A stretch of 34,690 nucleotides of DNA from Bryobacterales bacterium (GTDB lineage Bacteria > Acidobacteriota > Terriglobia > Bryobacterales > JACQDG01). Location: contig DASQHK010000491.1 of the NCBI GenBank assembly GCA_035632135.1, positions 1-34,690 of the forward strand, in the 5' to 3' direction. Shown here piece by piece: positions 17,160-24,755 of this stretch (position 1 is its first letter; every line of letters begins with the position of its first letter). The notes under the pieces are model-generated. The model ran no database searches. It was given only the letters and a program-made list of their open reading frames with translations, and was not told the DNA's origin. A program made the translations under genes and the position numbers.

Positions 17160-18244
17160 GCGGCCCGCCCGCGGTGTGGGAAGCCCGTCTGGATCGCGTG
17201 CGGGCCGCGTTCGCCGGGGCACGCGTGGACGCGCTGCTCGTCTCCGGCCTCCCCAACATCCGCTACCTTACCGGCTTCACCGGTAGCAACGCGCTGCTGC
17301 TAGTGACCGATCACGATGCCGTTTTCTTCACCGACGGCCGCTACAAGCTCCAGGCGGCGGAGGAAGTCCGGGCCGCCCGAGTGGTAGTACCAAGAAGCAG
17401 CCTGCTGCGGGCCGCGGCTGGCTCGGTGAAGCGGCGGCGTCTCAGACGCCTGGGCTTCGAGTGGCGGCGCGCGAGCTTTGAACTCTATCACGCCTTGCGC
17501 TCGGAGCTGCGCGGCTGCCGTCTGAAGCCTGTTGCCGGTGCGGTCGAGGAGCTGCGCGCTATCAAGAGCGCCGGGGAGATCGCCGTCATCCGCCGCTCCG
17601 TCGCGTTGAACTCGGCGGTGTTTGAGAAGTCCCTCCGCCAGATTCGTCCCGGGCGGAGCGAATCGCAAGTGGCGGCGACGATCGAACACCACATGCGACT
17701 GGCAGGCGGCGAGAAGCCTGCGTTTGAAACAATTGTTGCCGCCGGTGAGCGTTCCGCCCTTCCCCACGCCCGGCCGACGCATAACTTGTTGAGAAAAAAC
17801 CAGCTAGTCATCATTGACCAAGGTGTTATACTCGAAGGATATTCGAGCGACATGACCCGCACGGTAGGCTTGGGCGATCTTGGCGCTCGGGCACGCGGGT
17901 TGTATGATGCAGTGCTGGAGGCTCAATTAGCAGCCATTGCGGCCGTGCGCGCCGGGGTGAAGGCCGGAAAGGTCGACCGGCAGGTTCGAATGTCACTCCG
18001 GAAGCGTGGGCTGGAAGAGGCTTTTGTCCATTCCACCGGCCACGGGGTGGGGCTCGAGATTCATGAAGCCCCGCGGCTGGGGAAGAATGACAAGACGGTG
18101 CTGGAGGCGGGGATGGTGATCACCATTGAGCCGGGCGCCTACCTCCAGGACTTCGGAGGCGTGAGGATCGAAGATATGGTGCTGGTCACCGAGCGTGGCT
18201 GCGAGGTCTTGACGCCCACGTCCAAGGACCTGCGGATTCTATGA
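17156..18244 (+). CDS. M24 family Xaa-Pro aminopeptidase/dipeptidase
   Basis: GTG at 17156 overlaps the upstream TGA (GTGA); the track's 31 upstream codons overlap the AMIN gene. Creatinase-like N-domain (VDALLVSGLPNIRYLTGFTGSNA). M24 metal-ligand motifs are DQGVILEGYSSDMTRT, HSTGHGVGLEIHE and ITIEPG...VRIEDMV. Confidence 0.85.
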   Translation: MSGPPAVWEARLDRVRAAFAGARVDALLVSGLPNIRYLTGFTGSNALLLVTDHDAVFFTDGRYKLQAAEEVRAARVVVPRSSLLRAAAGSVKRRRLRRLGFEWRRASFELYHALRSELRGCRLKPVAGAVEELRAIKSAGEIAVIRRSVALNSAVFEKSLRQIRPGRSESQVAATIEHHMRLAGGEKPAFETIVAAGERSALPHARPTHNLLRKNQLVIIDQGVILEGYSSDMTRTVGLGDLGARARGLYDAVLEAQLAAIAAVRAGVKAGKVDRQVRMSLRKRGLEEAFVHSTGHGVGLEIHEAPRLGKNDKTVLEAGMVITIEPGAYLQDFGGVRIEDMVLVTERGCEVLTPTSKDLRIL

Positions 18245-18729
18245 ACCTCAAGGAAATCAAGGAACTCATCGACGCCCTGACCGAGAGGGACATTGCCGAG
18301 TTCGAGCTTGAGCGGGGCAACGAGAAAATCCGCATCAAGCGCGCCACCGCCGCCAACGGAGCCCCGCAGATCGCCTTCGCCCACGTGACCCCGGCCCTTC
18401 CGGTTGGTCCCGGAGCGCCGGCTGCCCTGGCCGCCCCCGCTGCTGGAACAATGGAAGCCCCGCCAGCGCGGCCCCCCGAAGAAGAACTCCATATCGTAAA
18501 ATCACCCATCGTAGGAACATTCTATGAGGCCTCCTCGCCGGGATCCCCGCCCTTCGTGCAAGTCGGTGATTCAGTCGAGGCGGGCCAAGTGCTCTGCATC
18601 ATCGAAGCCATGAAGCTGATGAACGAGATCGAGTCGGACGTGGCCGGTGTGGTTGAGAAGCGTTTCGTCTCCAACCAGCAGCCGGTCGAATACGGCGAGG
18701 CTCTGTTCGGCATTCGAAAGAAGGGTTAA
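18241..18729 (+). CDS. accB: acetyl-CoA carboxylase biotin carboxyl carrier protein
   Basis: ATGA overlap with the upstream gene. P/A-rich linker and biotinylation motif [13 protein letters not shown]. Confidence 0.93.
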   Translation: MNLKEIKELIDALTERDIAEFELERGNEKIRIKRATAANGAPQIAFAHVTPALPVGPGAPAALAAPAAGTMEAPPARPPEEELHIVKSPIVGTFYEASSPGSPPFVQVGDSVEAGQVLCIIEAMKLMNEIESDVAGVVEKRFVSNQQPVEYGEALFGIRKKG

Positions 18730-18772
18730 ACGGTGTGGCGCGGGGCGCAGGCCCGGCGCCATTTTCATTTTT

Positions 18773-20146
18773 ATGTTTCGAAAAGTGCTCATCGCGAATC
18801 GCGGAGAAATCGCTCTGCGAGTGATTGCCGCCTGTAAGGACCTGGGCATCCGAACGGTGGCCGTCTACTCGGAGGCCGATCGGACGTCGCTCCATGTGCG
18901 CTTCGCCGATGAGGCGCTGTGCATCGGTCCGGCCAAAAGCGCCGACAGCTACCTCAACATCCCCGCCGTGATCAGCGCCGCTGAAATCACCGACGTGGAT
19001 GCCATCCATCCCGGCTACGGCTTCCTCAGCGAGAACCCGGGCTTCGCCGAAGTTTGCGAGATGTCCGGCATTACTTTCATCGGGCCGCGGCCCGATGTGG
19101 TGCGCCTGATGGGCGAAAAGGAGCAGGCGCGGCGGGCGATGGCGGCGGCGGGCTTGCCGGTGCTGCCGGGGTCCGACGGCCTGCTCAAGAGCGAAGACGA
19201 TGCTCTGGGCGCGGCGGGCGAAGTTGGCTACCCGGTGATCATCAAGGCGGCGGCGGGCGGCGGCGGGCGCGGCATGCGCATCGTCCGCGAGCCGGGAGAG
19301 ATGGCCGCGGCGTTTCACCAGGCCCAGCACGAAGCGGCCGTCAGTTTCCAAAGCTCCGACGTGTATCTGGAAAAGTACATCGAGCGGCCCCGCCACATCG
19401 AGTTCCAGGTGCTCGGCGATAGCGACGGCGCAGTGGTTGTGCTCGGCGAGCGCGAATGCACCATCCAGCGCCGCCACCAGAAGCTGCTCGAAGAGTCACC
19501 TTCACCCCGCATCGACGCCGCCACGCGCAGCATGATGAGCCGGCGCGTCGCCAAGGCCCTGCAAGAGGTCAGTTACACCAACGCCGGCACGGTCGAGTTC
19601 CTCATGGACGAGGACGGCACGCTCTACTTCATCGAGATGAACACCCGCATCCAGGTGGAGCACCCGGTTACGGAGATGGTGACCGGCGTCGACCTGGTGA
19701 AGGCGCAGATCCTGATCGCGGGCGGCGAGCCGGTTTCCGCCCTGGTCAGCGAGCCGGTCGAACTCCACGGCCACGCCATCGAGTGCCGCATCAACGCGGA
19801 GAGCCCGCAGACCTTCGCGCCCTCCGCCGGCCGTATCACCAAGTTCTGCCCGCCGGGCATGACCGGCATCCGCCTCGACAGCGCCGCCCACGCCGACTGC
19901 ATGATTCACCCCTATTACGACTCCCTGGTGGCCAAGCTGATCGCCCACGGCCGCGACCGCACCGAGGCCATTACGCGCATGCAGCGCGCCCTCGATATGT
20001 TCGTTATCGAGGGCATCCTCACATCCATTCCCATCCACCAGCGGATCATGGCCGACCCCGACTTCGTGCTGGGCAACTTCGACACCAACTACGTCAAGAG
20101 ATTCATCGAGGTCCAGGGCCAGAAGGTCGGGGCGGGGAAGGGCTGA
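18773..20146 (+). CDS. accC: acetyl-CoA carboxylase biotin carboxylase subunit
   Basis: The internal ATG at 18773 gives [26 protein letters not shown]. The ATP-grasp region includes [18 protein letters not shown] and [14 protein letters not shown]. The track's 42 upstream codons overlap accB. Confidence 0.95.
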   Translation: MFRKVLIANRGEIALRVIAACKDLGIRTVAVYSEADRTSLHVRFADEALCIGPAKSADSYLNIPAVISAAEITDVDAIHPGYGFLSENPGFAEVCEMSGITFIGPRPDVVRLMGEKEQARRAMAAAGLPVLPGSDGLLKSEDDALGAAGEVGYPVIIKAAAGGGGRGMRIVREPGEMAAAFHQAQHEAAVSFQSSDVYLEKYIERPRHIEFQVLGDSDGAVVVLGERECTIQRRHQKLLEESPSPRIDAATRSMMSRRVAKALQEVSYTNAGTVEFLMDEDGTLYFIEMNTRIQVEHPVTEMVTGVDLVKAQILIAGGEPVSALVSEPVELHGHAIECRINAESPQTFAPSAGRITKFCPPGMTGIRLDSAAHADCMIHPYYDSLVAKLIAHGRDRTEAITRMQRALDMFVIEGILTSIPIHQRIMADPDFVLGNFDTNYVKRFIEVQGQKVGAGKG

Positions 20147-20255
20147 GCTTCGGGAAAAGGCTCAACGACCCCCCTTTCCGCCGCTTAAGGTTCCCGATCC
20201 ACCCTATACTTTTTGCGGCTTTGTCCGATAAGAACATCGGAGGAGATCTCTGACC

Positions 20256-20459
20256 ATGCTCAATTCCATCAGCGCATTGAACTCCAGCTTGTTGTCTCAA
20301 ATCCAGCAGACTGGCTCGCCACAGAACACGCAGCGTCCCGCTGCCAGCCAAAAAACCACGTCCCCTCAGGGGGATACGGTGCAAATCAGCCAGGCCGCCA
20401 AACAGGCGCTTACCGCGCAAAAGACGACGGACGCCGACGGAGATAACGACGGCCATTGA
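20256..20459 (+). CDS. hypothetical 67-aa Q/S/T-rich small protein with acidic C-terminus
   Basis: GGAGGAG at 20239..20245 lies 10 nt upstream of ATG 20256. Third codon positions are mostly G/C by eye, as in neighbouring genes. There is a possible TATACT -10 at 20205..20210. No signal peptide. The segment GDTVQISQAAKQAL faintly recalls the N-terminal part of FlgM-type proteins. Confidence 0.5.
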   Translation: MLNSISALNSSLLSQIQQTGSPQNTQRPAASQKTTSPQGDTVQISQAAKQALTAQKTTDADGDNDGH

Positions 20460-20719
20460 GGCGCTCCTGATCGAGAGAGATCAACCACGCCCCGATCCCA
20501 CATTCTGGCCCCGGGGGCCGGTTTCCGGCCCTCCTACCGTTCAACTGCAAACCACGATTAAGCCACATTGAATCAATAGTTTAGCTTTCTAGCTTGGCCG
20601 ACCCCGGGGGATCTAGCCCGTACCGTCCGCGCCACCCCGTGGCCTTGCCGGCGGGGGAAAGGTGCGCTTGGCCCAGGGGATGCCCTCTTTCGGCGCGGGC
20701 CGGTTGGTATTACCATGGG

Positions 20720-21394
20720 ATGAGACAAACGTCCGACGTGGCTGACGAGCAAAACCCGCAACTTTCTATACCCGTGGGGGTTAGTGGAGATATGGAAGCG
20801 GTCGCCGCGCTTGAGCACGATGCGCAGTTGATGCTTCGTGTCAAGGAAGGCGACGGCGAGAGCTTCGAGCTCCTTCTGGAAAAGTACCGCTCTCCGGTGA
20901 TCAGCTATCTGTATCGCATGGTCCAGAACCAGGGGGTGGCGGAGGAGCTGGCGCAGGAGGTGTTTTTCCGGGTGTACCGTTCGCGGGCGAGCTACGAGCC
21001 GACCGCGAAATTTACAACCTGGCTGTTTCGCATCGCCACGCATCTGGCGCTAAACTCGCTTCGGGATCACCGCAACGAGCGCCACCAGGAAAGCCTCGAT
21101 GAGCAGTTCGAGGACTCGCGGGGCATCCAGGTGATGGATCAGCGGCGCAACCGGGAGCAGGAACTGGTTGCGGAAGCGCGCCTCGCAGAGGTGCGGCGGG
21201 CCGTGGCGGCGCTGCCCGAAAAACAGCGTGCGGCAGTACTAATGCATAAGTATCAGGAAATGGATTACGCGCAGATCGGCAGCGTCTTGGGTTGTTCGAC
21301 TTCGGCGGTGAAGTCATTGCTGTTCCGGGCCTATGAGACTTTGCGCGTGCGGCTGCGTCACATGGACGAGCAAGCGGAGCAGGAGGAATTATGA
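20720..21394 (+). CDS. ECF-type RNA polymerase sigma-70 family factor
   Basis: Region 2 (LMLRVKEGDGESFELLLEKYRSPVISYLYRMV...AEELAQEVFFRVY...FTTWLFRIATHLALNSLR). Region 4 (LPEKQRAAVLMHKYQEMDYAQIGSVLGCSTSAVKSLLFRAYETLR). The start is uncertain: ATG 20720 or ATG 20792, neither with a well-spaced SD. Confidence 0.85.
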   Translation: MRQTSDVADEQNPQLSIPVGVSGDMEAVAALEHDAQLMLRVKEGDGESFELLLEKYRSPVISYLYRMVQNQGVAEELAQEVFFRVYRSRASYEPTAKFTTWLFRIATHLALNSLRDHRNERHQESLDEQFEDSRGIQVMDQRRNREQELVAEARLAEVRRAVAALPEKQRAAVLMHKYQEMDYAQIGSVLGCSTSAVKSLLFRAYETLRVRLRHMDEQAEQEEL

Positions 21395-21879
21395 ATTGCC
21401 AGGCATTCATCGAGCAGATCATTGAACAGACGGGGCGGCCGGCGCCCCGGCCGGAGCTGGGGGCCCACTTGGCCGCGTGCGCCTCCTGCGTGAAACTGTA
21501 TCGCGAGCAGAGGGCTTTGTGGACGGCGATGGACGCCTGGGAGACGCCGGATATCTCGGCGGGATTCGACCGGCAGCTTTACGGCCGCATTGGCCGGCGC
21601 GCCTCCGGGCCGCTCAGCTCGCTTGACTGGCTGCTGGGGCTGCTACGCCCGCTGCTGCAGCCGGCCTTCGCCACCGCCTTGGCCTGCATGCTGATCATCG
21701 CCACGGTGGTGGTGGAGAAAGACCGGCATGCGCCGGCGCCCCCGCAGGATGCGGCGGTGGCCATTCACGCGCACGAGCGCGATGACCCGCAGCAGATCCA
21801 GCTCGCGCTCGACGATATTCAGATGCTGAGCGATTTCGACGCCTTGCCGGTGGGGCAGGGTGATCCCGGGAGAACCTGA
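21391..21879 (+). CDS. zinc-binding (ZAS-type) anti-sigma factor, single-pass membrane protein
   Basis: ATGA overlap with the sigma gene, with AGGAGG at 21381..21386. C3-x22-H26-x3-C30-x2-C33 (HLAACASC) is the HxxxCxxC ZAS signature. TM helix AFATALACMLIIATVVV. Confidence 0.8.
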   Translation: MNCQAFIEQIIEQTGRPAPRPELGAHLAACASCVKLYREQRALWTAMDAWETPDISAGFDRQLYGRIGRRASGPLSSLDWLLGLLRPLLQPAFATALACMLIIATVVVEKDRHAPAPPQDAAVAIHAHERDDPQQIQLALDDIQMLSDFDALPVGQGDPGRT

Positions 21880-22469
21880 TGTTTTGGCGGCACAGGGGTG
21901 CGGTCTGGCTGCTGGCGCTGGCCGGCTCGGTCGCGCTGGCCGGAGCGCAAGCCATGCAGCGCGGCGAGGGTCCGCGCGGCGGCCCGCGTTCCGGTGTGCG
22001 CCTGCGCGGAACCCGCCCGCGCGGCCCGGGCATGGCGCCGGCCGGCCCGCGCGCCCACCAGAACATGATCGACCACCTGATGTCGCTGCCGCCCGAGCAG
22101 CAGCAGCAGTTCATGCGCAACAATCCGCGCTTTCAGAGCCTGCCCCCGCAGCAGCAGCAGAACGTCCAGCGGCGCCTGGAGCAATTCAACAACCTGCCGC
22201 CGCAGAAGCGCGACGCGCTGCGCGAGCGCTACGAGCTGTTCCGCCAGCTTCCGCCCGAGCAGCAAGACCGGGCGCGCGCCCTCTATCGCCAGTGGAACCA
22301 GGAGCCGGCGGACCGCCGGCAAGAAATGCTGCGCTCGTTTCGCCAGTTGCGCGACGCTTCGCCCGCGGAGCGCCAGCAGATGATGCAGAGTGACGAGTTT
22401 CGCAACCGCTTCAGCGACCGGGAGCAGCAGACGCTGAGGGGGTTGGCGAACCTGCTGCCGCCGGATTGA
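21879..22469 (+). CDS. DUF3106-like repeat protein, secreted
   Basis: TGATG overlap with the anti-sigma gene. Signal peptide (VWLLALAGSVALAGAQA). Repeated LPPEQQ/LPPQQQ/LPPQKR...R helical units (LPPEQQQQFMRNNPRF, LPPQQQQNVQRRLEQF, LPPQKRDALRERYELF, LPPEQQDRARALYRQW). Confidence 0.75.
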   Translation: MFWRHRGAVWLLALAGSVALAGAQAMQRGEGPRGGPRSGVRLRGTRPRGPGMAPAGPRAHQNMIDHLMSLPPEQQQQFMRNNPRFQSLPPQQQQNVQRRLEQFNNLPPQKRDALRERYELFRQLPPEQQDRARALYRQWNQEPADRRQEMLRSFRQLRDASPAERQQMMQSDEFRNRFSDREQQTLRGLANLLPPD

Positions 22470-22492
22470 TCCCTTCCTGGCGGCGCACAGCC

Positions 22493-22559
22493 GCTACGCC
22501 ATCCTGCTACATCATCGCGCGCTACGCCATCCCGCCAGATCATCCCGCTACACCATCCA
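22493..22559. repeat. five tandem ~13-15 nt units (GCTACGCCATCCT / GCTACATCATCGCGC / GCTACGCCATCCC / GCCAGATCATCCC / GCTACACCATCCA)
   Basis: Read directly from the sequence. Odd and even units alternate, so this can also be read as ~2.5 copies of a ~27-nt unit. The last unit supplies the final codons and TAG stop of the GH57 gene on the - strand. Confidence 0.7.
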
Positions 22560-24743
22560 ATCCCCAGGCTCGGCCAGGTCCATCTCGATCCAGCCTTCGG
22601 TGGGCAGCGCATCAATGGGGAGCCCTTCCTGCCAGAGCGAGAACTGGAAGCGGAGCTTGCCGCCGTCGTGAGGCAGCAGGTCCAGGGGAACACGCACCTC
22701 GAGAATGCGGCCGAGGCGGGCTTCGAGCTGTTTCCGATCGCTCGGTTGCGCGGCCGTGTCGCCATCGGTGATGGCCACCTCGCTGACCTCTACGCCGCCC
22801 TCGGAGAGACGAAGCGAGATGCGAGCCAGCGCCTGGAGCTGGAGCGTCAGGCGGGCCTCGATGCCCGGCAAGTGCTCCTGGACGCCGGGAAGAAAATCCA
22901 CACGCAGGAAAAAGCTTGCCCCGTCAGTGCCGTAGTGCAGCTCCTGCACCAGGAAGCGTTTGCCGTGCATGGCGCCGAGGCGCTGGTTGGCGCGGTAGAG
23001 GCCGGCGCCGATCCACTCGAAGTAGGTGCTGATCTCGCCGTCGATGATGGGGCGCACGTAGCCGGTCGGCCCGACGCTCAGCGCGCTGCCCCGCGCGTGC
23101 AGGATCGGCTGCGCCAGCTCCTCCGGCGGCTGGCTGTCGAGGGCGCGATAGATGTTCGACAGGTGATTGCGAAACAGCTCGTCAAACTCGATGCGGTTGG
23201 CGGTGTCGTGCTCCGGGCCATACCACCAGCACCAATCGCTGCCCTCGGCGATCAGCAGCTCCTGGTAGGCCAGTTCCCGCGCCTCCGCCGAGCAGGACCC
23301 GGCCGGCGCTGCGGAAGCGGCTGCCGTGGCGGCGCCCGGCGCCGGGCAGGCGCGATCGAAAAACTGGCGCGCCTCCCACAGCAGGTTCCAGGCGCGGTTG
23401 TCCTCCTCGGCGCCGATCCAGATGTCGAAGTTGGCGTTGATCCAGGAGCCCGGCGCGATGGTGTGCAGCGGCTCGGCCGGCAGCCGGTTAATCGCCTCGC
23501 TCACGGTCACGGCGCGGAAGCGCTGGTCACTCTGGATGCGCCGGTAGAGCGCGCGCAGAAACGGCCGGCCGTTGCGGTCGTAATACTCCCATGCGTTTTC
23601 TCCGTCCAGGATGATCGGGATCAGCGCGTCGCGGCCGGAGGCGAGAAACGGCTCGCCGATGGCCGCCAGGCGCCGCGCGAAATCTTCGGCCGCCTCCTCC
23701 GGCCCCATCCGGGAAAAAACAAATCCGATCAGGTCGCTCAGAAAGTGGTCGCGGAAGAGCAGCGACAGCCGGTGCCCGTCCCGCTCCCACAGGTAGGGCC
23801 GATAGAGCGCTCCACCGGGGCCGGTGGTTGCCATATGCAAGGTCTTCTCAAGCACGCCCTGGTCGGTGGCAGCCCACTGAAACTCGTTTTCCGCCGCCAG
23901 CGCCAGGGCCTCGTTCGAAACCGAGCCCTCCGACGGCCACAAGCCGACGGGCCGCCGCCCGAACCGCTGCTCGATGAAGTCCCGGGCGCGCCGCAACTGC
24001 TCGCGGGCGTCCTCGGGGCGCCGAAAACGGCGCGGCAGAGGCAGGCCCGGATGCGCCTCAGCCCCCACGTCGGTGTCGCAAAGCAGCGGCAGGATAGGGT
24101 GATAGAACGGCGTGGTCGAGATCTCAATCTGGCCGCGCACGGCCGCGCTGCGATAGGCCTCCAGAACCGCGTTGAGAATCTCCCGCTCTTTGCGGGCCAC
24201 CGTTTTCTGGTCCTCCAGGCGGTAGTCGGAGACGCGTTCCACGAGCGCCTTCACCTCCGCATCGTGCTCGAGAAACTCTTCGTCGAACCAGGCCAGTTGC
24301 GACAGCACTTGCAGGTCGCGATAGTCCTGCGTCGAAAAGTAATGCGTGGCGCGCCCCGGGTCCATGCCCGAGCCTTCCCATTGCTCGTACAGCTCCCGGT
24401 AGCGCGGATAGCGGTGGATCATGTGCTCGCGGTTGGCTTGAAAGAAGTACTGCAGCATGAACTGGCGCTGCTCCTCGCTAAGATTTTCGGCGGGAGTCAT
24501 GGCCGCGCTCCAGAACGGATCATGCACTTCATTCCGCGCGTAGTCCTCCACCTGCAGCACCAGGGAGGGTACCAGATTGAAGGTCTGCCGCATGCCCGGA
24601 AACTCATCGAGAATCTTGACCATCCCGTAGTAATCCTTGAGCGCGTGCAGGCGCGCCCATGGAAGACGGTACTCGCCGGTGAGCAGATCCTTGTAAAACG
24701 GCTGGTGCATGTGCCACAGGAAGCAGAGATAGATCTGGGCCAT
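22548..24743 (-). CDS. glycoside hydrolase family 57 protein (alpha-amylase/4-alpha-glucanotransferase-like, with C-terminal extension domains)
   Basis: The N-terminus MAQIYLCFLWHMHQPFYKD is the GH57 hallmark (HQP.Y). It is followed by WARLHALKDYYGM, ISTTPFYHPILPLL and GLWPSEGSVS. Confidence 0.88.
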   Translation of the reverse strand: MAQIYLCFLWHMHQPFYKDLLTGEYRLPWARLHALKDYYGMVKILDEFPGMRQTFNLVPSLVLQVEDYARNEVHDPFWSAAMTPAENLSEEQRQFMLQYFFQANREHMIHRYPRYRELYEQWEGSGMDPGRATHYFSTQDYRDLQVLSQLAWFDEEFLEHDAEVKALVERVSDYRLEDQKTVARKEREILNAVLEAYRSAAVRGQIEISTTPFYHPILPLLCDTDVGAEAHPGLPLPRRFRRPEDAREQLRRARDFIEQRFGRRPVGLWPSEGSVSNEALALAAENEFQWAATDQGVLEKTLHMATTGPGGALYRPYLWERDGHRLSLLFRDHFLSDLIGFVFSRMGPEEAAEDFARRLAAIGEPFLASGRDALIPIILDGENAWEYYDRNGRPFLRALYRRIQSDQRFRAVTVSEAINRLPAEPLHTIAPGSWINANFDIWIGAEEDNRAWNLLWEARQFFDRACPAPGAATAAASAAPAGSCSAEARELAYQELLIAEGSDWCWWYGPEHDTANRIEFDELFRNHLSNIYRALDSQPPEELAQPILHARGSALSVGPTGYVRPIIDGEISTYFEWIGAGLYRANQRLGAMHGKRFLVQELHYGTDGASFFLRVDFLPGVQEHLPGIEARLTLQLQALARISLRLSEGGVEVSEVAITDGDTAAQPSDRKQLEARLGRILEVRVPLDLLPHDGGKLRFQFSLWQEGLPIDALPTEGWIEMDLAEPGDWMV

Positions 24744-24755
24744 GTCGTGGCGCGA

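Noticed and set aside
20256-20459. Calling the 67-aa ORF flgM
   Set aside because: The similarity is limited to one short low-complexity stretch. The C-terminal sigma-28-binding region is absent, and there are no flagellar genes in the window. It is kept as hypothetical.
20140-20530. Rho-independent terminators after accC (GAGCTTcgggaAAAGGCTC, ~20145..20163) and after the small ORF (GGCCGG-ttt-CCGGCC, 20516..20530)
   Set aside because: The stems are short (about 6 bp) and neither is followed by a T-tract. They are not reported as terminators.
22493-22559. Possible CRISPR array
   Set aside because: The units are 13-15 nt and directly adjacent, with no spacers. They lack the repeat-spacer architecture and length of CRISPR, and there are no cas genes in the window.
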